A stretch of 64,000 nt of DNA from the NCBI GenBank assembly GCA_041690595.1, contig JAWLHB010000003.1:186001-250000 (forward strand). The letters run 5' to 3'. The stretch's first letter is position 1. Every line of letters starts with the position of its first letter. The notes under the pieces were generated by a model. That model did no database searches. It saw only the letters and a list, made by a program, of their open reading frames with translations, and was not told the origin of the DNA. The translations under genes were made by a program, and so were the position numbers. Shown one piece after another: positions 19,777 to 29,712 of this stretch. This DNA comes from Lentisphaeria bacterium. Lineage in GTDB: Bacteria > Verrucomicrobiota > Lentisphaeria > JABSQK01 > JAWLHB01.

Positions 19777-20523
19777 ATGATGAAGTCCCTCAACCGTCTT
19801 TTCATGAGCTGTGCGATGGTCGGCTCGATGCTGGTGCTATCATGCGGCGCCCAGGAAGATGCAGCGGCGAAAGATGCGTTCGCCAACGACAAGCAGAAGC
19901 TCGGCTATGCGATCGGCATGCAGATTGGCCAGTCATTGCAGCAAATGGAAGCGGATATCGACACCGAGAGCCTTATCGCGGCCATTCAGGACGTGCTGGG
20001 CAAGCGCGAGCTGAAGCTGACGGCACAGGAAGCTATGGAAGTGCAGCAGACCTTCTTCATGCAGATGCAGCAGAAGCGCCAGGCCGAGATGCAGGAGCTA
20101 GGCGCCAAGGCAGAGAAGGAAGGGGCCGAATTCCTCGCAAAGAACAAGGCGCAGGAAGGGGTCAAAGTGACGGAGAGCGGTCTGCAATACCAGGTGATCA
20201 CCAAGGGCGAAGGCCCGACTCCCAAGGAAACCGATACGGTCAAAGTCCATTACGAAGGTCGCCTGCTGGATGGAACAGTCTTCGACAGCTCCTATGAGCG
20301 CGGTGAACCCGTTGAGTTCCAGCTCAATCGTGTCATTCCCGGCTGGCAGGAAGGCTTGCAGCTCATGCAGGAAGGAGCGAAGTACAAGCTGTGGATTCCC
20401 TCGGAGCTGGCCTATGGTCCTCAGGGCGCCGGTCAGGATATTCCGCCCAACGCCACGCTGGTCTTCACGGTCGAGCTGCTGGATGTAACGCCTCAGGCCG
20501 CCGACGGCGCCGCCGGCGAGTAA
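19777..20523 (+). CDS. fkpA: FKBP-type peptidyl-prolyl isomerase (FkpA/Mip), exported
   Basis: KLGYAIG N-domain; TESGLQY, VKVHYEGRLLDGTVFDSS, VIPGWQEGL, IPPNATLVF. Confidence 0.92.
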   Translation: MMKSLNRLFMSCAMVGSMLVLSCGAQEDAAAKDAFANDKQKLGYAIGMQIGQSLQQMEADIDTESLIAAIQDVLGKRELKLTAQEAMEVQQTFFMQMQQKRQAEMQELGAKAEKEGAEFLAKNKAQEGVKVTESGLQYQVITKGEGPTPKETDTVKVHYEGRLLDGTVFDSSYERGEPVEFQLNRVIPGWQEGLQLMQEGAKYKLWIPSELAYGPQGAGQDIPPNATLVFTVELLDVTPQAADGAAGE

Positions 20524-20549
20524 GGATCGTCAATCGAGAAGGAGAGCCC

Positions 20550-22040
20550 ATGCTGGAAAGCATCGATTTGAGTCGCGTACTGCCAAAGTCAGAATCGCGG
20601 GAAACGCTCGAACGATATGAATTACAGCTTGCGGCTCTCCAACGCCGCACCCACGAGTTGGGCATCCCCGTCGTCATTGTCTTCGAAGGATGGGATGCGG
20701 CGGGGAAAGGCACGCTGATCAACCGGTTGATCCAACCGCTCGATCCACGGGGTTTTACGGTAAAGAGTACTCTCGCGCCAAATGAGGAAGCAGCCCTGCG
20801 CCCCTTCCTCTGGCGCTTCTGGATCAACACCCCCGCCAATGGGCGGCAAGCGATCTTCGATCGAAGCTGGTACCGGCGGGTGCTGAATGATCGTGTCGAC
20901 GGCACGGTTGAGGGCGGAGAGCTGCAGCAGGCGTTTCAGGACATCCGCTCCTTCGAGCGGCAACTCGCGCACGGCGGCACCGTCATCATCAAGTTCTTTC
21001 TGCATATCTCGAAGAAGGAACAGAAGAAACGCTTTGACAAGCTGCGCAAGAGCAAGACGACTGCCTGGCGGGTGACAGAGGGGGATCTGCAGCGTCACAA
21101 GCAGTACGACGAGTACCTGCTGGCGACTGAGGACATGCTTTCGCGAACGGATTCGGATTTTGCGCCGTGGACGATCGTGGAGGCCCATGACGAGCAGTTC
21201 GCGATCATGAAGATCTTCGGAGCGGTGATATCGGCGCTGGAGCAACGGGTGGCGCAGGCCGAGGGGGACGAACCGCGCCAACGGGGTCCGCTGCTGGATC
21301 TGGAACTGCCGCAGGTTCTGCAGAGTTCGGTAATCGACCAACTGGACCTGACGAAGAGCCTGGAGAGGAGCATCTACAAGAAGCAGCTGAAGGCCCGGCA
21401 GAAGCGTCTTCGCGATTTGGAACACGAGATCTATCTGCGGCGGATACCGGTAATTCTGGCTTATGAAGGTTCGGATGCGGCTGGCAAGGGAGGCAACATT
21501 CGCCGACTGACGGCCATGCTGGATCCACGCGGATATGAGGTCGTGCCAATCGGCGCACCGAACGATATCGAGCGTCAGCATCATTATCTGTGGCGCTTCT
21601 GGAACGAGATTCCCAAGGCGGGTCACATCACCATTTTCGATCGAACCTGGTATGGGCGGGTGCTGGTGGAGCGCGTCGAAGGATTCTGTGGCGAAGCGGA
21701 ATGGAAGCGCGCGTATCGGGAGATCAACGAGATGGAGGAGCATCTCACCAACTATGGGGTCATCCTCCTCAAGTTCTGGCTCCAGATCGATCAGGATGAG
21801 CAACTTGCCCGCTTTCAAGCCCGCAAAGAAACCGCCCACAAGCAATGGAAGATCACGGACGAGGACTGGCGGAATCGTGAGAAATGGCTGCAGTACAAAC
21901 TGGCGGTTGACGAAATGCTGGTGCGGACGAGCAGCCCGAGAGCGCCGTGGACCGTAGTCGAGTCGAACAACAAGCACTATGCGCGCATCAAGGTGCTCGA
22001 TACAGTGATTGCGGCAATCGAAGCCAGAGTGAATGAATAA
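20550..22040 (+). CDS. pap: Polyphosphate:AMP phosphotransferase (two-domain PPK2)
   Basis: Two PPK2 domains: FEGWDAAGKG/FDRSWY and YEGSDAAGKG/FDRTWY; GGAG RBS. Confidence 0.92.
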   Translation: MLESIDLSRVLPKSESRETLERYELQLAALQRRTHELGIPVVIVFEGWDAAGKGTLINRLIQPLDPRGFTVKSTLAPNEEAALRPFLWRFWINTPANGRQAIFDRSWYRRVLNDRVDGTVEGGELQQAFQDIRSFERQLAHGGTVIIKFFLHISKKEQKKRFDKLRKSKTTAWRVTEGDLQRHKQYDEYLLATEDMLSRTDSDFAPWTIVEAHDEQFAIMKIFGAVISALEQRVAQAEGDEPRQRGPLLDLELPQVLQSSVIDQLDLTKSLERSIYKKQLKARQKRLRDLEHEIYLRRIPVILAYEGSDAAGKGGNIRRLTAMLDPRGYEVVPIGAPNDIERQHHYLWRFWNEIPKAGHITIFDRTWYGRVLVERVEGFCGEAEWKRAYREINEMEEHLTNYGVILLKFWLQIDQDEQLARFQARKETAHKQWKITDEDWRNREKWLQYKLAVDEMLVRTSSPRAPWTVVESNNKHYARIKVLDTVIAAIEARVNE

Positions 22041-22093
22041 AGCCGCCTCTGCCTCGTCCAAGTTACAGGCTCCTTCTCCCACGCCTGACTTGC

Positions 22094-23347
22094 ATGAGGT
22101 TCGCCATGTACCGACATTACCACTTGTTCCTACTCGCCGCATTGATGCTTGTCGGGTCGCTTCACGCGGAATTGTACATCGTCACCGATGAAAGTGCCCC
22201 CCTCTACCAGGAGGTGAAGCGGGTGGATACTCTGCAACGCGGGGAGGTAGTCGAAGCATCCATCAATCGTCAGCATGACGACTGGCTCAATTTGCGCCAC
22301 GAAGGCGAGGAGTACAGCTCTCCCCGCAAGCATTTCCGCGGCGAGAGCGAAGTGCAGCTGGCGCTGGAGCATGCCGACATCGACTACCAGACCGAGCAAG
22401 AGCGGCTTCGCCATGAGCTGGAGCTGCTCGAAACCCGCCTCCAACAGGGCTTCTTCTCCCTGCTCCGGCTCAATCGCGAACGCATCCTTTATCAACGGGT
22501 AGATGTGCGCAGCGTCGATCCGCAGACTGGCAGAACGAGGATCGATCACACCCACACGCCCGTGCTCACCGCCCGTTCCGCGCGTCGTCTTGAGCGGGAA
22601 TGGGAGAAACAGACCGAGGACCAACGCCAGGAGATTGCGTCGCTGCAACGTAAGCTGGTGGATGGACAGCTCGACTACCTGCGCAAGCGTTCGGATCTGC
22701 AGGCAAATGCACGCCTCTTGGCAACGCACGCGCGCTATCCGGAACGATACCGGTACGATCCCTACCTGGCCACGACGCGCAATGTCCAGCTCTTCCGTAG
22801 CAATCGGGTGGCAGCCTATCTCAAGCGTGGAGACATCGTGATTGGCGTGCCGCACGACAAGCACGAGGATTGGGTGGTGGTGCGTCATCAGAATGCGGAG
22901 TACCTCGCCCGCAAGAGCCAGATCGTCAGCCGCGGTGACATGCGGCTCAAACATGCCATTAAGGTTACGCGCCTGGAAGGCGCCTTGGCTCGCCTTCAGT
23001 CCGATCTGAACATGCTCGGTGCCCGCGAGCAACTGGTGCAACACCTGCTCGCGGAACTGGAGGTTCCGCGGATCTCGACGGAATACATTGTCACCGACTC
23101 GTTGCACCCGGGCAGCGCTGGTCGTGACTATGGCACGCGTGCGACGGATGTTTATTATCTACACGTACCTTCCGCTCGGCGTACCGCTCGCGACCTCGAA
23201 AAGTTGGCAGAATCCATGAGAGCGCAACACCAGCAACTTGCCGACGCCATCGCCGATCACCGAAGGCAGCTTGCGACCGAGCAAAGCGACTACCAGCAGC
23301 AGGCCGGCAAGCTGGAGCAGGCTTGGCGGTCCTTTCTGGAAAAATAG
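22094..23347 (+). CDS. Exported hypothetical protein with two (beta-domain + coiled-coil) repeats
   Basis: Signal peptide ending LHA-E; internal duplication visible. Confidence 0.72.
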   Translation: MRFAMYRHYHLFLLAALMLVGSLHAELYIVTDESAPLYQEVKRVDTLQRGEVVEASINRQHDDWLNLRHEGEEYSSPRKHFRGESEVQLALEHADIDYQTEQERLRHELELLETRLQQGFFSLLRLNRERILYQRVDVRSVDPQTGRTRIDHTHTPVLTARSARRLEREWEKQTEDQRQEIASLQRKLVDGQLDYLRKRSDLQANARLLATHARYPERYRYDPYLATTRNVQLFRSNRVAAYLKRGDIVIGVPHDKHEDWVVVRHQNAEYLARKSQIVSRGDMRLKHAIKVTRLEGALARLQSDLNMLGAREQLVQHLLAELEVPRISTEYIVTDSLHPGSAGRDYGTRATDVYYLHVPSARRTARDLEKLAESMRAQHQQLADAIADHRRQLATEQSDYQQQAGKLEQAWRSFLEK

Positions 23348-23352
23348 TAGGA

Positions 23353-23925
23353 TCAGTCGGCCGGAGAGATAAAATAGAGAATGGAATCGCCGTAGCGACG
23401 ATTGCGAAGAAAGGTCCAGCGGGGCGGCCCTTCGGGCAGGGGGTCATGACGCACCGATTGGCGAATGAGAAAGAGGGTCTCCGGCCCGAGCCAGTCGTGC
23501 AGTTCCTGACTGGCCAAGAGGTGCTTCGCGCCCTTCTGCTCGGGGGTGGGGAAGAAGGGCGGATCGGCCACCACGACATCCGGGCGTATGCCGGGCAGCA
23601 GTCGCGGCACCTGCACCGCATCGCCGATCACGACCCGCGCCTCGCCGCACCCCTCGCCAATGGACTTGCGCACATTCTCCAGATTGCGCTCGATCACCCG
23701 GCCATTGCGCGGCAGCTTCTCGATCATGTAGACGCTGGCGGCGCCTCGACTCAGCGCCTCCAGGCCCATGGAGCCCGATCCGGAGAAAAGGTCGACGACG
23801 ACCTTTCCCGCCAGTGGCTCGAGCATCGCGAAGAGCGATTCCTTGATGCGATCGGTGGGAGGTCGTACTTCCGCTGGGGGTGAGATCAACTGGATGCCGC
23901 GTGCGCGGCCGGCAATGATGCGCAT
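23353..23925 (-). CDS. rsmD: 16S rRNA m2G966 methyltransferase RsmD family
   Basis: MRIIAGRARG, VRPPTDRIKESLF, DLFSGSGSMGLEALSRGA, DPPF. Confidence 0.9.
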   Translation of the reverse strand: MRIIAGRARGIQLISPPAEVRPPTDRIKESLFAMLEPLAGKVVVDLFSGSGSMGLEALSRGAASVYMIEKLPRNGRVIERNLENVRKSIGEGCGEARVVIGDAVQVPRLLPGIRPDVVVADPPFFPTPEQKGAKHLLASQELHDWLGPETLFLIRQSVRHDPLPEGPPRWTFLRNRRYGDSILYFISPAD

Positions 23926-23926
23926 C

Positions 23927-25474
23927 TCACTCCCACTCGATTGTGCTTGGTGGCTTGCTGCTGATGTCGTAACAGACACGATTGACGCCGCGTACCTCAT
24001 TGATGATGCGACTGGAGATGCGACCGATCAAGTCGTACGGGAGCTTGGACCAGTCAGCCGTCATCCCGTCCTGGCTGTCGACAATCCGCAGCGCAATGAC
24101 GTTCTCATAGGTGCGTTCATCACCCATCACGCCGACGGTCTGCACCGGCAGCAGGACAGCGAACGATTGCCAGACCTTGTAGTACCAGTCGGCAGCCTTC
24201 ATTTCCTCGATGACAATGGCATCGCCCTGGCGCAAGATCTCGAGGCGCTCGCGGGTGACTTCTCCGAGGATGCGCACGCCCAGTCCGGGGCCGGGGAAGG
24301 GCTGGCGCCAGATGACTTCCTTTGGCAGCCCAAGCTGCTTGCCGACCTCACGAACTTCATCCTTGAAGAGCTGCCGCAGGGGTTCGACCAGGGACATCTT
24401 CATGCGGTCGGGAAGGCCACCGACGTTGTGATGGCTCTTGATCATGGCGCTGGGATTGCCCCCAATAGGGACGCTCTCGATCACATCCGGATAGGTGGTG
24501 CCCTGCCCCAGGAATCGCGCGTTCCTGAACTGCTTGGCTTCTTCTTCAAAGACCTCGACAAAGTCGTAGCCGATCGCCTTGCGCTTGGCTTCCGGCTCAA
24601 TGATGCCGGCCAGACTATTCAGAAAGCGATCAGTGGCATCGACATAGTGCAGGTTCATCTTGAACGCTTTGCCGAAGAGGTTCTTGACCGACTCCGCCTC
24701 GCCCTGCCGGAGCAGCCCGTTGTTGACAAAGATGCAGGTGAGCTGCTCGCCAATGGCGCGGTGCAGGAGGGCCGCGGCCACGGATGAATCGACGCCGCCA
24801 CTGAGGCCGAGAATCACCTGCGCGTCACCCACTTCTTCGCGCACCTCGCGGACCGAACGCTCGATGAACGACTCCATCGTCCATGCTCCCTTGCAGCCAC
24901 AGACGATGCGGCAGAAGTTGCGCAGGATCGTCATGCCATTGGGTGTATGAACGACCTCGGGATGGAACTGCAGTCCGTAGATGCGCCGCTCGACATCGGC
25001 CACCGCGGCAAAATCGGTGTTCTCCGTGCGGGCAATGGACTCGAATCCCTTCGGCAGCGCCAGAACCTTGTCGCCGTGGCTCATCCAGACACTCTGCCGC
25101 TTTTCGAGGCCGCAGAAGATATCGGAGTCTCCAACGACATCGAGATCTGCCCGCCCGTATTCGCGACGCGTGGAACCGGCAACGTTCCCCTGCAGATTGA
25201 AGACGGTGAGCTGCAAACCATAGCAGATGCCCAGGATGGGAATGCCCAAGTGAAAGATTCCCGGATCACAGCGGGGTGCGCCATCGGTATAGACGCTGGC
25301 AGGGCCACCGCTCAGGATGATGCCTTGGGGCGCCTCGTCGCGCAATCGTTCGGCGGAGATGTCGTATCTGACGATATGACTATAGATGTTGCACTCACGG
25401 ATGCGACGCGCGATCAGCTGCGTATACTGTGAGCCGAAGTCAAGAATGGCAATGTGTTCAGCAGGAAGCTGCAT
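23927..25474 (-). CDS. guaA: GMP synthase (glutamine-hydrolysing)
   Basis: [55 protein letters not shown]. Confidence 0.98.
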   Translation of the reverse strand: MQLPAEHIAILDFGSQYTQLIARRIRECNIYSHIVRYDISAERLRDEAPQGIILSGGPASVYTDGAPRCDPGIFHLGIPILGICYGLQLTVFNLQGNVAGSTRREYGRADLDVVGDSDIFCGLEKRQSVWMSHGDKVLALPKGFESIARTENTDFAAVADVERRIYGLQFHPEVVHTPNGMTILRNFCRIVCGCKGAWTMESFIERSVREVREEVGDAQVILGLSGGVDSSVAAALLHRAIGEQLTCIFVNNGLLRQGEAESVKNLFGKAFKMNLHYVDATDRFLNSLAGIIEPEAKRKAIGYDFVEVFEEEAKQFRNARFLGQGTTYPDVIESVPIGGNPSAMIKSHHNVGGLPDRMKMSLVEPLRQLFKDEVREVGKQLGLPKEVIWRQPFPGPGLGVRILGEVTRERLEILRQGDAIVIEEMKAADWYYKVWQSFAVLLPVQTVGVMGDERTYENVIALRIVDSQDGMTADWSKLPYDLIGRISSRIINEVRGVNRVCYDISSKPPSTIEWE

Positions 25475-25475
25475 A

Positions 25476-25733
25476 TCAATAGGTCATCTTCTTATGGGCT
25501 TTCTTATTACGGATGCGGGTAAGTTCATTGCAGGCGGGGCAGCGGGTTACGCTTTCCACGCGCTTGGCGACAAAAATGAGCCCGCATGCGGTACAACGAC
25601 AGAGATTGTCTTCGGAAACATTCCACTGGCGAGCGGCGCTCTTCCAGAGGTGGCGTCCCCAACATGCACCGAGCACCAGCATGGCAATGCTCAGGTACGC
25701 CACAATGAACATGTCATAGCCAACCTCGATCAT
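25476..25733 (-). CDS. Small membrane protein with Zn-ribbon (CxxC...CxxC)
   Basis: N-terminal TM, CTAC...CPAC; fills the gap directly before guaA; start uncertain. Confidence 0.65.
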   Translation of the reverse strand: MIEVGYDMFIVAYLSIAMLVLGACWGRHLWKSAARQWNVSEDNLCRCTACGLIFVAKRVESVTRCPACNELTRIRNKKAHKKMTY

Positions 25734-26586
25734 CTGTATTTGCCTCGTTGGCAGGGTCGCTGGTGTTGGTGACATTGGGGGCGAACCGCCAATGTACCAG
25801 GAGGACTCTATCTTGCGCAAGCCACCAGCTCATCTCTTCACTGATGGTCTGCTGTGATGGATAGGAAATGAAGAGGCGCCGCACGTGGGTAACGGCTAGC
25901 TGATCGAGCCGGGCATTGCCGGAAGAGCGGGTAACGGTGACGCGGAGTTGGCGCCCGTGCGGCATGGTGGTGATCTCCGTCGGACGCCGCGCGGGTACGG
26001 CTTCGCCAAGCTGGGCCACTTGCGCCAGCTGCAACTCCGGAACGCGCGTAAAGGGGTCTCCATCCATATCGGTGATATAGACGCCCGGCGGAACCGGAGC
26101 CGACTTCAGGGGCTGGGGAAGACGCGGCGGCTCCGCCAGTCGCGCCTGATCGAGAAGCACGACGGGATCAGCCGCCTGTGGGGCGATCCGAATGGGGGCT
26201 GTCGGCATGGGCTGAGCCAGATCGAGAGTCATGTCCCGTTCGGGCACGCGCTTGAAGGGCCGTTCGAAGCCAATGCGCAGGATCTCGCTGAAGCCATGTT
26301 TGTCATTGGGAAGGGAGAGCAGGGTCGGATCGCGCAAGGTGATCCATGCCTCCAACTGGCGCTGCCATGGTTCGTTGCCGGTAGCCGAACCGGATGGCAG
26401 CATGATGATGGGAGCAGCCTGAGCGCGCCCCTCGTCTGGAGCCTCCGGCACATTGGGGGCGTTGTACTCGAAGCCGTATGCCATGACCATGAAGAGCAGG
26501 GCCGTAGCCAGTAGTGCGTACAGATAGTAGCGCAGGACGATGGTCTTTCGTCGGGGTGCACTGGGTACTTTGTCTTCGATGGCCAC
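25714..26586 (-). CDS. TonB/TolA-like energy transducer (single TM, Pro-rich, TonB_C-like end)
   Basis: TM, Pro-rich linker, VTVTRSSGNARLDQLA; follows exbBD. Confidence 0.6.
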   Translation of the reverse strand: MAIEDKVPSAPRRKTIVLRYYLYALLATALLFMVMAYGFEYNAPNVPEAPDEGRAQAAPIIMLPSGSATGNEPWQRQLEAWITLRDPTLLSLPNDKHGFSEILRIGFERPFKRVPERDMTLDLAQPMPTAPIRIAPQAADPVVLLDQARLAEPPRLPQPLKSAPVPPGVYITDMDGDPFTRVPELQLAQVAQLGEAVPARRPTEITTMPHGRQLRVTVTRSSGNARLDQLAVTHVRRLFISYPSQQTISEEMSWWLAQDRVLLVHWRFAPNVTNTSDPANEANTDDRGWL

Positions 26587-26600
26587 GGGTCGTCGGTCTC

Positions 26601-27050
26601 TCAGGGAGTGGTGTCTTTGGTCTGCAGCAGGACGCTGGCGCCGTACTTTCGGCTGATGGACATGATGCGGGCCACGTCGCTGTAAGGTGCATCGGCATCC
26701 GCCTTGACGAGGATAATCGGCCGCCGCGAGACTTGTTCCTGGCCTTCGGCTTCGCTACCGCCGCTGAAGCTGTAGACGACGGAACTGAGCGTGTTCTCCA
26801 GATCGTTGAAGCCATCCACCTGTTGATCGTTGAAGTAGAGCAGGTTGTTCTTGGTCAGGGAAATCACCAGCTTGTCGGCGAAGCCGAAGTCGGGTTCCTC
26901 GACGGAGGGCAGGTCAACGGGAAGTCCCTGTTGAAAGACCAGGGAACTGCCGACCATGAAGAAGATGAAGAGGAGGAAGAGCAGGTCAAGGAGCGGCGTC
27001 AAGGTCAGGTTGATGCCGTCGGGCTTCGGGAGCCTCGTCTTGAGGCGCAA
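26601..27050 (-). CDS. exbD: ExbD/TolR biopolymer transport protein
   Basis: TPLLDLLFLLFIFFMV, LPVDLP, ILVKADADAPY; TTG start assumed. Confidence 0.88.
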   Translation of the reverse strand: MRLKTRLPKPDGINLTLTPLLDLLFLLFIFFMVGSSLVFQQGLPVDLPSVEEPDFGFADKLVISLTKNNLLYFNDQQVDGFNDLENTLSSVVYSFSGGSEAEGQEQVSRRPIILVKADADAPYSDVARIMSISRKYGASVLLQTKDTTP

Positions 27051-27063
27051 TCCAATATACGGC

Positions 27064-27735
27064 CTACTTGCCGCGGGCGCTCTGATGATCGTTGTTGGCA
27101 TCGGCATTCTGCAGGGTCAGTGGGTGTTCGACGAGGAAGTAAATGATCTCGGCGGAAGCTTTTTCCATGTCGAGGAGAATACGTTCGATCTTGGAGACGA
27201 AGTACTGGTAGAAGCCGTAGGCGATGATGCCGACGACAAGTCCGAGAGCGGTGGTGAGGAGTCCCTGCCAGATGCCTTCAGCGAGCTGTTTGGTTTCGAT
27301 GAAGGAGCCGGAAGCTTCCATGTTCTGGAAAAGGGTGATCATGCCGATGACGGTGCCCAGCAAGCCGAGGAGCGGGGCGAGATGGGCGATGGCGATCAGG
27401 GGCTTCATATTGCGCTCGAGGCGTGGGATCTCGGAGAGGCAGGTCTCTTCGACGGAACGCTCCATCTGATCGCGGCTGCGATCACAACGGGTTATGGCCG
27501 ACCGGATAACGTGCGCCACCGGCCCGGGTGTGTCATCACAGATACTGATGGCCTCCAACACATTGCCGCGCCGCAAGACATTGATCACGCCGCGGAGGAA
27601 CTCGCGAACGTCAATCTGAGCCCGATGCAGATGAAAGGCGCGCTCGAAGATGATGAAGAATGAGATGAACGCAAGCACGAAAATGATCCAGGAAACCGGC
27701 CCGCCCTGGATAAGCAGCTTCAATACAACCGACAT
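27064..27735 (-). CDS. exbB: MotA/TolQ/ExbB proton channel protein
   Basis: APLLGLLGTVIGMI, LAEGIWQGLLTTALGLVVGI. Confidence 0.9.
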   Translation of the reverse strand: MSVVLKLLIQGGPVSWIIFVLAFISFFIIFERAFHLHRAQIDVREFLRGVINVLRRGNVLEAISICDDTPGPVAHVIRSAITRCDRSRDQMERSVEETCLSEIPRLERNMKPLIAIAHLAPLLGLLGTVIGMITLFQNMEASGSFIETKQLAEGIWQGLLTTALGLVVGIIAYGFYQYFVSKIERILLDMEKASAEIIYFLVEHPLTLQNADANNDHQSARGK

Positions 27736-27875
27736 GTCGCCCCTGCTGTTAATGGCTTCTCTGGCACCCGCCGTAAAGTGGTGAAACAGGTTGAACTATA
27801 GTATAAATGCTGTTTTCCACAATGCGACCTCTACACGGGGAAAAGACAACCGTAGTCAGAGTCTGCTCTTCAGGC

Positions 27876-28577
27876 TCAAGGTTGGCCTCGCTCTCCGAAG
27901 ATAGCCGTGCCGATGCGCACCAGCGTCGCGCCTTCCGCGATGGCGATGCGATAATCGCCCGACATGCCCATGGACAATTCTGGTAGGCGAACGCCAAAGT
28001 CGTCTTGCAGCCGGTCCCTCGCCTCGCGCAGACTGGCGAATATCCTGTGCAGGAGAGGCTCGGGCGCATCGAAGGGCGCCATGGTCATCAAACCTCTCAC
28101 CTCAATCCGCGGCAACTTCAGAGCCTCTTCGAGAAGCTGGTCGAGATCCTCCGGCGGAATGCCGAATTTCGATGCTTCGCCAGAGACATTGGCCTGCAGC
28201 AGAAGTGGCTGCACGATGTCGATCTCGTCGGCGGCTTCGGCCAGGCGCCCGACGAGTCTGGGCCGGTCAACACCATGGATCAAGGCGGAAATGCCGGTGG
28301 CATTACGCGTCTTGTTGCTCTGGAGGTGTCCGATCATGTGCCACTCGATATCGGCCGGGAGAGCGGAATGCTTGCGCTCGAGTTCCTGAATTCGGTTTTC
28401 GCCAAAGAGGCGTTGTCCCGCGGCATAGGCGGCTTCGACAGCCGCTTCCGGCATGGTCTTGCTGACGGCGATCAGCCTGACGCTATCAGTTGGTCGATTG
28501 GCGGCTTCCGCTGCTTCCGCGATGCTGTCGCGGATGCGCTTCAGGTTGCCTGCTATATGATCCAGAGATTCGCCCAT
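27876..28577 (-). CDS. yggS: PLP homeostasis protein YggS/PROSC
   Basis: LIAVSKT, FGENRIQE, WHMIGHLQSNK, LSMGMSGDY, VRIGTAIFG. Confidence 0.95.
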   Translation of the reverse strand: MGESLDHIAGNLKRIRDSIAEAAEAANRPTDSVRLIAVSKTMPEAAVEAAYAAGQRLFGENRIQELERKHSALPADIEWHMIGHLQSNKTRNATGISALIHGVDRPRLVGRLAEAADEIDIVQPLLLQANVSGEASKFGIPPEDLDQLLEEALKLPRIEVRGLMTMAPFDAPEPLLHRIFASLREARDRLQDDFGVRLPELSMGMSGDYRIAIAEGATLVRIGTAIFGERGQP

Positions 28578-28664
28578 GGATACATCTTGCCCGGTTGCAG
28601 TTTAGGGTTCGCGACCTACTTTACCTCGATATGTGCAACCTCAACCTACTCCGACACTTCTCCG

Positions 28665-29141
28665 ATGGCAAATGATCCGCCACGCAAACCGGACGATTGG
28701 ATGACGCCCAGCGACCATGCGGCCAACGATAAGGGCTGGCGACGCCTCAGCCGCCGCGAACGTCAGCGGGAAGAGCTTATGCTCGACTGGTACGGTGAGG
28801 ATGATGGGCCGCGCGAAATTGAAGCCCATCAGGCTCCCAGCGAGCAACTGGGCCAAGTGCTGAACCGGGTCTTTCATGATCTGAACATGGACGACAAGGT
28901 CCTGCTGCGCAAGATTATCGACAATTGGCCGCAGTTGGTGGGGGCGGAGATTGCCTGCCATACGGCCCCTGAGATCATCCAGCGCGACACGCTGCTGGTG
29001 GCCATTTCCGATGCGTCGTGGCGCTTTCGCCTGCAAAGCCAACTTCGGTATCTCGGCCAGAAGCTGGCGGAGTTCACCGACGGAGAAGTAAGAAGCGTCA
29101 AACTGGTGACCGGCGGCCGTTCGGCCACGAGCCGGATATGA
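28665..29141 (+). CDS. DUF721/DciA family protein
   Basis: IDNWPQLVGAEIACHTAP...LLVAISDASWRFRL. Confidence 0.78.
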   Translation: MANDPPRKPDDWMTPSDHAANDKGWRRLSRRERQREELMLDWYGEDDGPREIEAHQAPSEQLGQVLNRVFHDLNMDDKVLLRKIIDNWPQLVGAEIACHTAPEIIQRDTLLVAISDASWRFRLQSQLRYLGQKLAEFTDGEVRSVKLVTGGRSATSRI

Positions 29142-29174
29142 CCCTGTTTTCCACCATGATAACTGGAGCAACCT

Positions 29175-29702
29175 GTGAGTCAACTTACCATCGAGTCCGC
29201 CGTCCGTGACATTCGGGATTTCCCCAAGCAGGGAATCGTCTTCAAGGACATATCACCCATCCTGCAGTCGCCGGCGCTCTTCAAGGAAGTGATCGACCAG
29301 TTGAGCGATCCTTTCATGGCGGCGCCACCGGATGTCATCGTCGCCATCGACGCCCGGGGCTTTCTCTTTGGCTCGGCCATGGCGTACCGGCTGGGCTGCG
29401 GGCTGACCATGGTTCGAAAGAAAGGCAAGCTGCCGGGCAAGACCGTCAGCACGTCGTACGATCTGGAGTATGGGTCGAATCAGGTGGAGATCCACCAGGA
29501 CGCGCTGGTGGCCGGTTCGCGGGCACTGTTGGTCGACGACGTGCTTGCCACGGGGGGCACGGCCCGAGCCGCGGCGGATCTCATCGAGATGCTTGGCGGC
29601 CAGGTGATGGGCATTGTCTTCCTGCTTGAGCTTTGCTTCCTTGACGGACGTCGCCGGCTCAACGGTTACGACATTCTCTCGCTGATCAAGGTGAGCGGCT
29701 GA
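29175..29702 (+). CDS. apt: Adenine phosphoribosyltransferase
   Basis: DFPKQGIVFKDI, IDARGF, RKKGKLP, LVDDVLATGGT. Confidence 0.96.
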   Translation: MSQLTIESAVRDIRDFPKQGIVFKDISPILQSPALFKEVIDQLSDPFMAAPPDVIVAIDARGFLFGSAMAYRLGCGLTMVRKKGKLPGKTVSTSYDLEYGSNQVEIHQDALVAGSRALLVDDVLATGGTARAAADLIEMLGGQVMGIVFLLELCFLDGRRRLNGYDILSLIKVSG

Positions 29703-29712
29703 GCCGCTCGCG

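Noticed and set aside
20622..22142. 506-aa minus-strand ORF (and similar shadows over the kinase, P-type ATPase and helicase genes)
   Set aside because: Antisense to well-supported genes
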